From NCBI RefSeq assembly GCF_018977255.1, contig NW_024704743.1, forward strand, positions 43,030,001-43,094,000: a stretch of 64,000 nt of DNA, in the 5' to 3' direction. This document shows positions 1-13,200 of this stretch, piece after piece (position 1 is the stretch's first letter; every line of letters starts with the position of its first letter). Position numbers and translations under genes: made by a program. The notes below the pieces were generated by a model. The model saw nothing but the letters and a program-made list of their open reading frames with translations, was not told where the DNA came from and did not search any database. This stretch comes from Callorhinchus milii (lineage: Eukaryota).

Positions 1-59
1 GTTCCCTAGATGAGCAGACATCTCACATTAAGACATCTTGATCTCGCTTTATAAAGCTT

Positions 60-290
60 TATAAAAGTTGTTCAATGGATAGAGAGAGTCAACCTAGAAT
101 AAGACTTTGGGATGCCCCAAGGCAGCATAACAAGAGGACACATGTTCATGTTTGTTCAGTTCAACATTAGGGTGAACTGCAGGAAGCATTTGTTTGTATT
201 AGTTAATGGATAGCTGGACTAGTGTGCAAGGAATGATGGTTGAGGCCTTGATTAATTTTTGAAACATCTTGATGCTCTAATGAGAAAACA
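60..290 (+). mobile_element. CR1 LINE 3' fragment, degraded
   Basis: acaagaggacaca (TRGH motif)...aggaagcatt...gatggttgaggcc...catcttgatg, the layout of a CR1 ORF2 end. Confidence 0.55.
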
Positions 291-887
291 ACAAGGTACA
301 TTTATTATGAAAACTGAAACTTGATGTAGTTGAATAATTTTACATGTCCAAGATTTCTTTTTCCACAAAAATTTGGTAGTCAGCATTTCATTTTTTTTTA
401 AATCTTGTACTGCAACTAGTTTTATTGGACGTCTCCTACAACATGGGATTTTCTATATTCTAATAACCCAGTAATGTAAAATGCATCTTTCATCAGCGCA
501 CGACTATGCTAATTGTTATTGCTTCAATTCTTCATTGCTCTTTTCACATCTGTGCTACTGATTATGGGGGCGGGGGATAGACTGGAATTCAATCTGGGTC
601 ACTAATAATCATAGCGATTTAATTCCTTAAATGTCAAAAAGGGGAAACTCTAGGATTTAGCAGCTTTTAGTTAATAAAGGTTTCCTTATAATTAACCTAG
701 CTTGTGCAGATGGTGATATGAGTAGCACCAAGATAAAACACTGACAATTTAATCCTTGTTTTGTACATAAAGAACAATAAGGAGACATGATGCAGTTCTT
801 GTTTTTAGCTTGGATTATAGAAATAGCATCCACTAGGTAGAGATTGTTAACAGGTAGCCAATACCATCACTGGAAACAGTGAGATTT

Positions 888-1070
888 AATAATAATAACA
901 ATAATAATAATCCTTGATATAGTGCCTTATCACGTCTTTGAGACATCTCAAAGCGCTTCACAGCATATACTTTAAAGTGTGTATTTTGTGGGCGAAACGT
1001 GGCACCCAATTGTGCACAGCAGTGTCCCAGACACAGTCGTGGATTGAGTGACTAAATTATTAGTATTATT
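888..1070 (-). mobile_element. Deu-type SINE, 3' half
   Basis: reverse complement of the 62157-62471 family with (AAT)n tail. Confidence 0.85.
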
Positions 1071-2544
1071 TTAAGATAAGTAAAGACAGGAAGTGGTACA
1101 CGAAAGTGTGAGGGAACATAAATAATGAACTGCTTTTTTGGACAATGTTCCAAGCAATTTTTATAATAACAGAATTACTCAGAATTAAGCAATAAATACC
1201 AAAATTATGACAGCCACTAAATATACATAATTTTGGTTAGAAGCAGTGTTGAAGAGGGAAAGGTTGTATTATTGTGGAACTATTTCATTTACAAAACAAA
1301 TGTGGATGTCAATTTTTTTGAATATTACAAGTGTCTTGACTAGTTCCTGATCAGTTCTGTATTACACTGACAATTTGACCCTGTGGTTACATCCTTCCTC
1401 AGAGGAAGAAGAGAAGATAAGGAGCATTGTTAGTAGGCAACTTTGGTGGATCATTTACAAATCAACATTGGTCGAGTCGAAGCAAAAAGGAATTCTGTTG
1501 CCTGGAGAGCAAATAATAATACAAGCCTGGGAGGGGGGGATCTCAGGGATAATGTACTCCCCAAAATATTCTTACTATGAATGCGTATTCTTGCACTCTG
1601 ACCAGAATACACATTTGCATTATTAAACCAATTCTGTTACATTAAAATACGTCTGCCTGTTCAAGCTTATTTAATTGGGGCGACTAGGTACAGTACTTAT
1701 AAACTAATGAAACCCGACTCTTGTAGTTTGATGTACCCTGAATCTCTGAATTTAAATGGTAGCATCTGAATTCGATATGTCATATGTTCTAGAATATATT
1801 GTACTTAATTCTCTTTGTTCCTCTCCTGTTTCCTCTACACCCCGCCCACCACCGATTAAAACAAATATTGAATTTGAGAGAGTTGTTTTTACTGTAAATT
1901 TTGAATGGTGTTCTTCATATATCTTCTTTGCTGATTTAACGCAAAGTATTGTGAAAAATTGTCCTATTTTGTGGTCTGGGGAGTGGAAATTTCTGACAAA
2001 ATTACTTGTTAAGGATTAAATTGCAAACTGGGACTCTCTGCAGTAACCATAAGTACAACACTTAGCTTGTAGGAATTGTGCTCTGGAGCAATCTACTTCT
2101 TCAGGGTTTCCACGTGTCTGCGAGATGTACATCTGGTTAATCAGAGAAAGTCCCCATTTACAGTTCAGTATCAGTATTATCAAGCAATCTTTTTAGAAAT
2201 TACAATTATGAACCATTTATCTTGCTGGGCTCAATGGTACATTCTTAATTTTGTATTAAATAAATAATAACCATGCATTTGCTGTGACATCTCAAAGTGC
2301 ATCACGGGATTTTACTGTAAAATGTCAATTTGCAAGTAAATACAGAAGCCAATTTATGCAACATCCCACAAAGACCTGATTCCTGTTTATTTGCCCTAAA
2401 GTATGGTATTTCCCCACAAGCCGATAATTCTAGATTCTCCTTTATGCAGAATCTGTTAAATGTTTCATCTTTTGTGTTTCCTGAATAAATTTGTCACTGA
2501 GCTTTACCTTTCTAACATTCTAAAATTACCAACCAGCCCTTTCC

Positions 2545-2832
2545 ATCTGCTCTGCAGGCACTGACCTGCTTTACATCCCCATCCTGCCAGTCACACCATC
2601 AGTGGTCAGGCTTTTTGCTCCACTCCTAAATCCCTTCTCCTTGCCCTTTCCCTAGCTTCCTTCAAGGTCCATCTCAAGTCCTTCCTCTTTGATCATGCCT
2701 TTGGTCATCTTCTCAGCCTCCCCACTTCATCCCCACCCCTCTTCTTTCCAACCTAACTCAGGTGCCAACCCTCGGTGTCCAGCACTGTGGGATGTCCTCT
2801 CGATGTGCAAGGCGCTATATAAATTGTTGTTG
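2545..2832 (+). mobile_element. L2 LINE 3' end
   Basis: accatcagtggtcaggct...tttgatcatgccttt...aaggcgctatataaattgttgttg, similar to the other L2 copies. Confidence 0.75.
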
Positions 2833-2975
2833 GAAAAACTGCCCAGACAAATATCACTATACTGAGTGTTTCTGAGGTGACAATAAAGATAAGATGAATA
2901 TTAGAATATTGCTTTAATTGTTGTGAAGTGTGCCTTTCTGGTCTTCATTGTGCTTTTGGTGCTAAATAGAAAGTC

Positions 2976-3320
2976 AGGACTGGATGGCCTAGAGGTTGTA
3001 CACCTCTGGGATCTGTATTTATATTCAGTCCAGACTCATAGGATGGAAGTTCTTCTGCCTATGAGTGAAATGGGTTTGTGAGATTCCTGTGGGTTTACAG
3101 GATACAATGCTCTTAATTTAGCACTAATTGATGACAGTTTATATTGGCCATCGGATGATCAGTGTGGGGACCGAAAGGTCACACTGAGCTGCTTCAGACG
3201 GTACACTTTTCTAAGGCTAAAACATTTGGGGGCAGCAAACCAGAAGCAAAAGTTGTTTTCTCCCCCCTTGACAGTAGTAATAGTAGGGTGCGCTCTATTC
3301 TCCACTGTTAACATGTTTTG
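2976..3320 (+). mobile_element. ancient SINE, LF-SINE-like
   Basis: ordered blocks ctggatggc, cacctctggg, gcctatgagtgaaatgggtttgtg, agcactaattg resemble the LF-SINE consensus as recalled. Confidence 0.45.
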
Positions 3321-4140
3321 CCTGGTTGAGTCCCCTCGGAATGACTCCCCTGTGTGTGTGTGTGTGTGATGGAGAGGTGGGGGTGGCGTGGGGGGGGGGA
3401 GTGTGGAACGGAGAGAGCGGTAAGCGGGGTCTCAGGAGCTGGACTGGCACCGGGTTGATATGCTTGGCAATGGAATGTCAGATTCGAGTCAATCTTCTGT
3501 GGCGGTCGGTCTTTTCAGCGCCTTGGGACTTCCTGCCAACGTGAAAGGGGCTATACAAATTTAATTTTGTTGTTGTTGTTTGTAGTCCTGTTCATGAGCC
3601 AGGCAGGTCCGCAGTACTCCAGGACCGGACCAATGACGGACCAGCCAGTCTGGCTCATCAAGTAGGAGGGCAGACCAGTCACTGGGAGCAGGGGGAAACT
3701 AACAGTGCTTTCAATGGCAAGCTGTGCAGTTTTAGCTGGTTAAATTCCAGCAGTACGCCAATGGCATCTCAACCTCTTAACAACCTGAGCCTAATACTCT
3801 TTGGAATTCGGTAAGCAGGGTGTGCCCCTCTGAAGGGAGAGTGGCATTCCATTCAGACACAGAAATTTTCATGTGAAGGTGACAAGACTTTATAGGCTTT
3901 AAGAGCAGGCTATTGGGACAGATTTGTTTTGGAATTTAATTGAAATTATTTCAATATGGGCATGAAAATAATGTTTGAATTATGGTTAAATGTAGACAGT
4001 AAGTTTATTACTGCATCCTGTTTTGTATTTTCCACTCAGCTCCATGCTTTGTAAATATGCATATTTGTTTGTATGTTCCAAAATAAAATTTAAAAAACTT
4101 TATAAACAAAACTAAAATTTGACTTCCTTGTTTCCTGTAG

Positions 4141-4230
4141 ATCGAGCTGGCAGTATAAGTACCTTGGATTCTTTGGATTTTGCGCGGTACTCCGATGATG
4201 GAAATCGGGAGACAGATGAACGGGTGGCAG
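4141..4230 (+). CDS. RELCH: exon 2 (90 nt, phase 1-1)
   Basis: ttcctgtag|ATCGAG...GTGGCAG|gtaagc; [29 protein letters not shown]. Confidence 0.96.
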
Positions 4231-7200
4231 GTAAGCATTGTTGCACAAGTTTTGGGATAAACTCGTGTAGCACTTCTCTCACACTGTGCCCCTACAGTTT
4301 CTTCATACATGTGGCAGTACTGTGTGATTATGTTGCACTCAGGCTGAACAAATCTTTCATTTCAGGACTTTTTGTCTTCATGTATGGCAAAGCAAATCCT
4401 GCCTCTTTTTAACAGTAACTTAAACATTGTCAGTAAATGCAATAGTTTATCCTCCACAACACATTGAGGATTAAATTAGTGAAGAAGTGTACAGTAGGTA
4501 GAACTACTGTTTGTAGGAAACATTTCCTATCCCACCACGAATAACATTTGTCATGTGAACCTAAGGTTGAAGACTGGTTTCCTTGTCTTGGGCAGATATT
4601 TTATTGAAACATTCAAAGAATAGTTGTAATAGGACTGTAAAAAAAAGAAAACAGCAGATCTGATGCATCCAGCCAGGGCGAAACCTTGGGCAAGTTTCCT
4701 TACTCCACACGCCTAATAATAATCCCTCCAAAAAACCAAAACAATAATAAATTGGTCATTTTCAATCTACGACTGTTTGTGGGACATTGCTGTGCGCAAT
4801 TGGCTGCCGCGTTCGCCCACAAATATACAGTCAATTCACTTTACAGTATATTCTGTGAAGCGCTTTGGGACGTCCTCCCGACGTGAAAAGCGCTATATCA
4901 AATGCAAGGATTATTATTATTATTATAAGAGCAAATTAATAAATCTGCTGGTTTTAATGATAGAATTGTAGACTCTTAGTTAAATTCAAATTTCAGTGTT
5001 GGTTGATATATATATATTACATATCTAAATATATATTGACCTATCCTTAGTGTTTTTGCGAATTTCAAGTCTGGTGAATACAAACCACCATAACAAACAA
5101 AAACACTGTACGAGAGGGGTCCATCTCCCCAAATCATTAAAATTATGAGTTAATTACAAATGGGCAGAAAGCAATCTGTGGTGTCTGCAGGTTGCTCAGT
5201 GCAACCTTCTATCTGAAAAAGAGAAAAAGATCTCTTCATGCTCCATTGCTGTTGTGGGTTTTGCAATTGGTGACTCCCACAGGATGACCGACTCCCACAT
5301 TTGCTGACATGGTCTGTACGTGCTGATTCTTGAGTTTGCGATTGCATTATTGCAACAGGATGAATGTCTCTCTTATAGATGGTTTCTTCAGCTTCTATTG
5401 AGAAGTGCAGCTCAACGAGTTTCTGTGGTTTGCAGTTAAATGCTGCTTGGAAGCCTGTTGTGCAACCAGAATGTTTTGCTGGCATGATTGCTTACTACCT
5501 GGATTTTCCACAAGAATTCTAGTCTATACTGATCAATTAATAGGGATTACAAACTTGACAACGCCCAGTTATTTTGTTGATTACAGAGCTATTTATTTTA
5601 AAGAAGAAGAAATGTAGTGGGGTGTTGTTTTCTTTGAAGGCCGCTTTCTCTCATTCTACCCAAAATCAATCTGTCTTTCTGTCTACACATGTGTAGAAAT
5701 TTTTTGATTAGAAATGTGCCTGATTGACCCTTTTTTAACCTTGAGATCTGTTAGTATGCATTTTCCATCACAAAGGACAACTCTGTTGCAGCAGTTGCAT
5801 GTAAATCAGGGGACACCATAGTGAATCCTACAACAAGACTTAATTTCCAGAATTGTCTGGGTTTACTTCAAATTTCCAGCAGTCCAGTGGATTGAGAGGC
5901 ACAAGTGCAAGTTTGACGCTGTTGTGTACTTCATGTTGAAAGTGCCATTATCTCTCAAAAGTGTCCAAAGGAGGATAGCTGTTGATAGTTATTTAATTCC
6001 AATAAAAACAAAGTGTTTGAATTTAAAGTAAGATGCACAAAAGTGGTAACTTGAGAATCCTGCAATCTGGTATACTGTTTGCTGCTCTCAGTTTGGTAAA
6101 ACAAAGAGCAGGTTAGGAAACAGTTGTGCTGAACTTCTTGTTCTCTCGATCCTAAATTCCCGCTTGTCAGTTCATCTCAACCTCCCATTCTGATCTGCCT
6201 ATCCTTAGCCTCCTGGAACAGGAATTGGAGCACTGTTTTACTTTATCCTCGAGAATACTGTCCCACAGGCCTGAACATAGGCTTTAATTCTTTCAAATCA
6301 TTAGCTGATCTGGCATTTTCCAAGCCCTTGGATTTTTTTTTATAGATACACTGGAATTTACAGTTTTTGCTTGCCCTTTTATGTTTGTCGTACCGACACA
6401 ATTCCCTTCAGCATTTCATGACCTATCAATAAGCATTTGGTGTTTAACTTGTAGTTTAAATTTATAAATTCCAGAGGCAAACCCGTCCTCTCCCTCATCC
6501 TTCCTCAGCTCAGACATTGGTAGTGAGAATGGAGGGGAGGACGAATTCCCATCTCCTGCACATCTGGGTATTTCATATTCAATACAGAATACATTTCTAA
6601 ATCTAAACTTTAAACTTGATACAGAATGAGATTCTTTGTGCATATTTCTTAAGATATTTGTATTCTTGGTCCTGTGCTGCTTGCCCTTCTCTATCATGTA
6701 TGTTAATTTATTTTGGTCCTCCCCACGCCCGTTCCAGGTCTGATGATGATACTCATCCTTTTCTTTCAGACACTGGCTGATGTAATGAGTATTTCCAGCA
6801 TATTGGTTTTGTATTTCTGCTTCTCACCATTCCGCATACTTTTTTTATTTCTCTACAAGACGATAAGGAGAGTTTGAGTCCCAGTTTCAGTTGGATTAAT
6901 TTCTGAAAAGCATGGATGTGGTCAATCTGAGGGTAGGGAAATTAGCCGAGACAGCCAGTTTCCGTGCCATTGAAACTTGGTTCCTATGAATTGTAAGGGC
7001 GATGATTTTGTTGGAGCAGGAGGTAGACTTCTTTGTGTAATGAATTGGCACTTCTGCAGCTGCCATTTCCCTTGGAGTTGTGTGGTACACACCTAACTAG
7101 AACATTTTTTAGTGGATCCCAAGTAATGCATTTTAGCAATGAGCTGCTCAATGAGCCCAATCCAATTATGTACAGCAGCTGCCAAATATATAAAACGTTT

Positions 7201-10200
7201 TATCATTTCCTCCACCACTGCTCAATTAACTTGTTATGGAAAGGAACTTTTGGCAAACAGCTCCAATCTGGAAGTTGTATCCAGCACTCACAAAGTAATC
7301 AAATTGCACGAGATAAATTGTTTGAATGGATGCTGAACCTTTTAAAACAAGCCCATCTGTATTGTTGATTTCCATGTACGAATTCAACCGTTGGTATAAT
7401 ATGTTACAGCATGAATTAATTTAAACATCCAGATTTTTGATTCCTTGTTAAAACTTTTCAAATGTGAGTTATTAATGCTTTGCATGATTTGTATGCAGCA
7501 AGAAATAAAGATTTGTCCAGCCAGCCATGATTTATGGATTTATATTTTATAAATTGATAACTGAATATTTGTGCCTGGGAAATATGATCTGTGCCAAGTA
7601 ACCACTCCCCACCCATGTGAATTATTGACAATAAAAATGGAACCCAGCATATCCTACCTGTTTTGGATAATCCATCTTCGTTTTATCAGCATGCTTTACC
7701 TGTTGTGGAATACTTGGGCATTTTTCCAGGTTAGTTTTTAGGTATTGCAAAGTGTTAGCTGCTGTCAAAAACTCTTATCCCAGGCCGCCCACAGCACAGA
7801 AACAGCTCTGGTCAAAGCGACAAATGACATTCTCTCCACCTGCGACCAAGGCTCCCTCTGCCTCCTCGTCCTCCTTGACCTCTGCTGCCTTCGATAACGT
7901 TGACCATTCTATCCTCATCCACCGCCTCTCCTCTCACCTCAACCTTCATGGTCCCTCCGCCTCACCCCCTCCCTTACCTCCTTCAAGCCCCATCTCAAGA
8001 CCCTCCTCTTCAACCGTGCTATTGATCACCCTGCTTCCCCCCCTGCTCTTCACCCTCCTCACTCCCAACCCCCAACTCGGGTCCGAAACACATACTGTTC
8101 AGCGCTTTGGGACATCCTCCCAATGTGAAAGACGCTATACGAGTGTAATGTTGTTCTTATTAACATGGATTCCGGCAAATGGCAAAGTAAGCCAATAAAA
8201 CTAATGCATCTCTGAACAGGAAGTATTATTTTCATTTTATCTAAAATGGGAAAAAGTTTTGTACAAAAAGTACATTATGTTGAAGTCCAGTGTTTCATAC
8301 CCCTTAAACTACCCATGGATTTGTTTGAGAATATATAGGTATAAATATGGTAGACCAAATGGAATCTAAAGATTCTTTTAATGTGTACAATAAACATATA
8401 AATGGGTTGTCAACTGGCTGGGAAATTACCAAATGCCGCTGAGGTCTTTGATATATAAATGAATATACTGTTATATTGAAATATAGAAACTCATTATCCA
8501 ATTTCATAACCTTAATGACTTTAGCTGTCGTGCATTCTAACCTGAAGAATTCCATACATTGTAGCAGGGTTTTCAATAAATGATTTGGTTTCATATTTTT
8601 AAGTTGGGGCTCAACACTAACTTGTTTGAGCTGAAACATTAGGTAAGTGAGATTAAAAACATTTTTGTTGCCCCAATTATACTGTGCAAAGTTAGTGTAA
8701 CTATCCTATATTTGCTACTTGCATATATGTTTTATAACATTTGTTTGTAAATATTTCTCCCTAAAGGTAAAAGTATACTGAACTTGTCCTCGTATCCAGA
8801 TAATTGGTCACTTCAGAAACTGGATGTGCTGGTGAATTTGATGGATTTTACAGAGCAGTTAAAATCACCTCATGAAAGATTGCTGGCTCTGATATTGGTC
8901 TCATAGATATCAAATTGTTTCTTTGCCCTCTTAATGATTTTAGCAAACCATTTGGGCTAAATGCAATGTATGTTATGCTTGATTGTCGTAGAAGTTCATT
9001 TTAAAAATTGCTCTTGCCTTTCATCCATGATCTGTGACATCCGTTCTCAAAGGAGGTGAAAATGAGAAGATTCTTTAACAGGCAATCACAAAAAAAATTC
9101 TCCCGGTAACCAAATGTCTTGCAGGAATTCATTTTGACGAGAGCTACATTCAGAGCAGAGTTAGCTCTGGTCAGCTTGATGGTAGGGGTTAATGGTAGGA
9201 GTTGCTATCTTGTAACTCAGAGGAACAGGAAACCACATTATTTGTGATTTCCTGTTAAAAGTATCAAGTTGTCACTTTCCAGTGACCTCAATAATTGGAG
9301 AAATAGCTGAACTAAATAGGGACCATTGATAAGACTAAGTTATTTTTCAAACTTTTGGTAAGCATCTGAAGAAGTAGGGCGTCGATGGTACATATTAACC
9401 ATGAACAGGTAAAAGATTTTCATATGGGTCTAGAGCAAGTTGCATTGTGGAGAAAGGCAAGTTTTCGTGTGGGGAGATGGGTTAATGTTTAAAGTTTGCT
9501 GTTGCCTCTCTTTGCTATTGTTCATTTTACATAAGGTATTATGGCCAAATTATGATTTTGTAGAACATGCAGCTATTGTAAATGAGCACCATATTCTGAA
9601 AAGTTATAACCAGCAGTCATAGTCCAACTATACCATGGACCATTTCCTGGGCCTGGCTAAATATACTGTATGTAGGGTGACTCCGTAGTAACATTGCTAG
9701 AGCACTGTATTCTCGGGTGGACCAGAGGTTAAAAACTTTGAGTAAGGCTTCTAACCACATTGTCAAACGAGTCGCAAGAAGTTGACCATAGAATAAGATG
9801 GTGTCGATCACACAATTTAAAGGATGGACAGTTGCCAACAGAGTTATGGGAGGGACCAAGAGGTGATGTTACAAATGTATTCAAATTACCTGCAAAACTA
9901 CCCTGCAACCACCAAGCAAAGCACAGATAAACAAACGCCTCTCAGATAAAAAGATCCCATTAGTGTTTATGCAACACTGCCAAAAAAATCAGTTTGTTGC
10001 TGTAACTGAAAGATATTGTGTTTTAACTGGCAAGTTTGTTGATACTTAAAGTATTGTGGTGTAGTGTCCAGCAATTGTCCAGCGTTTTGGGACATCCTCC
10101 CGATGTGAAATACACTATACAAATGTAATTTTTTATTGTATAGTAGTGCTTTGATCTTTGGACTAGAATGTACCACAGCCATGCTAGGAAATCTCGAGTT

Positions 10201-13200
10201 TAAAATATTGTTTGTTTGTAAGTGAAAACTGCTCAATAAGAAACGTTTACATTAAAAACGTAACGACCAAACTGCTTGCTAGAAAGTCAGAATCACCAGC
10301 ATTTAATCTTTTGATCATACAAAAAAAAATGAGCAACTTGCAAGTTATGGAGCAATTGTGATGTTGTTGAACTGCTATGGCAATACTCAGACCTAAATCA
10401 GCTTCTCTGTTTCGGTACATTTAGAGCATATCTTGTCAATGTTTTATTAAAAGACGGAAGAAATGTACAAAGCTGTACAAAGATATAGGTTTATGGTTTG
10501 AAACCGAAATAAGCTGAATGCTGAAAAACTGAACAAAAACCCAACTGCTGGAAATTCCCAGGACATCAACTAGCATCCGAGAGATGCTGGTGCTCTGTGC
10601 GGATCAGTTCTGATGAAGGATCATGTCCAAAACATTAACTTACTTTTCCTTTTACAGGAACTAGTTGATATGACAATAATAAATTGGTCATTTTCATTCT
10701 ACGACTTTGTGGGACATTGTTGTGCGCAATTGGCTGCCGCGTTCGCCCACAAATATACAGTCAATTCACTTTACAGTGTGTTCTGTGAAGCGCTTTGGGA
10801 CGTCCTCTCGACGTGAAAAGCGCTATATCAAATGCAAGGATTATTATTATTATTGTTAACATTTAGGTTTATGGTTTTTCGAAGTGGTAATTGTGGTGTA
10901 GTTTCACTTCTCTGCGATGGTGCACAGATTACACTATACTATGTATGATGAAAGATCAATAAAATTACTGTAATCTTTCTGAGTAGATGTATATGTTACT
11001 CTGAATTCTATAAAAATTCTTACCTTAATACTATAGTTTACTCATTGTGATTAACATAAATGGAGCAGAAAACAACTTATTTTACAGGTTAGCAGCTAAT
11101 AACAAAGTGATGGTTTCATATTATAGCCACAACATAGCTATGAAGATGTCATCTGTTATTTGGTTCTTATAGATACTTATCTCAGTACATTTGGGTTTCG
11201 GCTGTATCCTTAACTTTTTATATTCCCTTTCTGTTTCATAATGTTATGTTCTTTAGCGCTTGTAGTTTTTTGATCCCAAGCCTTGATTTCAACATGTTCA
11301 TACCTCTTTTTTGAATTTTTTGCTTCCATCCATTTGAATTGTTCTGCACTGTTGATCTGCATTTTAAATGCTGTCAAAAATAAGGTTCTTTAGAAGTCTA
11401 ATTTTGCAAGGGCACACACGTGCCTTTTGTAGTCAGGCCCACAGCGGTTGAGGGAATGAATTGCTCTCAGGATTATCCTGCAGTGGAGCTGAACTTTAGC
11501 AGGAATGCAACACCATCTAAGTTATGATTGTGCCAATCCCTTGCTTCATCCCCCACAGTAGCACCTGCCTCCCTACTCTCCATACCTCCCCTTGGGTGTA
11601 TTTGCAAAAAGACCTCAACACGGTGAGGGTTTGGTAATTGAATAGCATAGTGCAAAATGCTTACAGGATGACCAAAAAGTCATGGTACCATTTACAATGT
11701 CGAATAATTCTTAAAGAAATGATAATTGTTTTTTAGTTAATAGGGTGGATATCATGACTTTGTGTTCACCTTGTATTTGAATGAAATACTGAGGCACAGT
11801 AACCAATTTTTGTTGTTGGTATTTTCATTTGCTGCCTAACTTAGAAGAAGATTAATCTATTATCCTTACAAATCCGCCATGAGAATTTTTTTTGCAGAAA
11901 GTCATTCTTAATCATGGCAGTATAAAAGCTTTCTGAAATTACAGCTGATGTGTAAGGAAATGAAACCAAAAACCTCAGTTTGGAAAGTGTAGCAGTTGTT
12001 CCAATTCCTCCTGTCCACTGATGAAGCCTCAACAACATCTTCCCCTGTCCCCCACCACACCACCACTATAAATTCCATGTATATGGTAAAAATACACACT
12101 CATTCCCTTAGTACGCGATACACAAAGACCTCAGCTGGCGAGACCAATGGTGGGATCCTGTCAAGCAAGCCAGATTTTCTGGCTAAGTATAATTACAATG
12201 CCAGTACTGACATTTACGGGCATTTTTTCAACACCATTTTTTTTCAATGACGAAAAACGCTAGGATTGCCATCGTAATTGTTTGAATCCTGTGAGCCTAC
12301 GAATATTCTCTGTTGGACAGTGAGATTCAAGTTTCTATGGAATTTACTTTGAACGAGGCTTCATTCAGAGTGACCTCTTTAGCTGCTGAATTTTTTGGGG
12401 GTAGAAATGACACCAAGGCTGCCATTTGGGGTTTCTAAAGGAAGTCTGTAATTGTGTAGATATCGCCAAGGAAAGTGATTACAAAGTGTATGAATAAGCA
12501 ATGTTGCGAGTTCTGTTTTTTTGGGAGGCGGGGGTGGGGTGGGGTGGGGATGGAGGGTCAGAACTAGAAAAACAAGTTGATTGTGGAAAAACTACCCAAA
12601 GTTTGAACAAGTTGTAGAAAAACAGATTTGGTCTTGCATATTTGTTCTCTATTAGTTGCAATGTATTTGCAGATCAACAGCGCATTATAGTAATACTGTA
12701 CAGTTTATGCTTTGTATACTGTTATTTGCATATCAGCTCTTGATGTGTGCTTGCATTTCCACATCAGAAGTACGTGTTTGGATGATTATGTCAGCACGTT
12801 TCAAGACTAACTGCTATTTGTTCAAACAAAGACTTTTATTATGATGGACAGAAAAGTTTCATATTGTGTGAATTTTTTTCCATACTATTCTCTGGACTTC
12901 GTTTTTGTTTGGGGGATTTATAAATGAATTAGTCAATGAAAGCAGAGTTCTCCTGGAAAGAGAAGGCTATGTTATCATAGTTGCTTGTATTTGGGTAACT
13001 ACATGTGCAGTACAAAATGTAATAATTTTTATCTTTGAATGTCAAAGAGGTGCGGCACTTTTCTGTTTTGCCATTTTGTTTTGCTGGTCCTAAACAAAAA
13101 AAACTTATATGAATATTAACATAAAGTGGTGGAATTAGAAGCACAGATAACAGCTGAGGGGTAGAATATTAGAGCAATTACAGAGATATGGCTACAGGCT

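Noticed and set aside
1..4140. RELCH exon 1 or promoter
   Set aside because: No CpG island and no N-terminal RELCH peptide such as LLTALELHTEL; exon 1 must lie upstream of the window.
5682..5697. 16-bp perfect palindrome tctacacatgtgtaga
   Set aside because: Isolated, with no supporting context; about one such palindrome is expected by chance in 64 kb.
12016..12040. Hammerhead core CTGATGA (also near 6740, 39422 and 58939)
   Set aside because: No stem II followed by GAAA.
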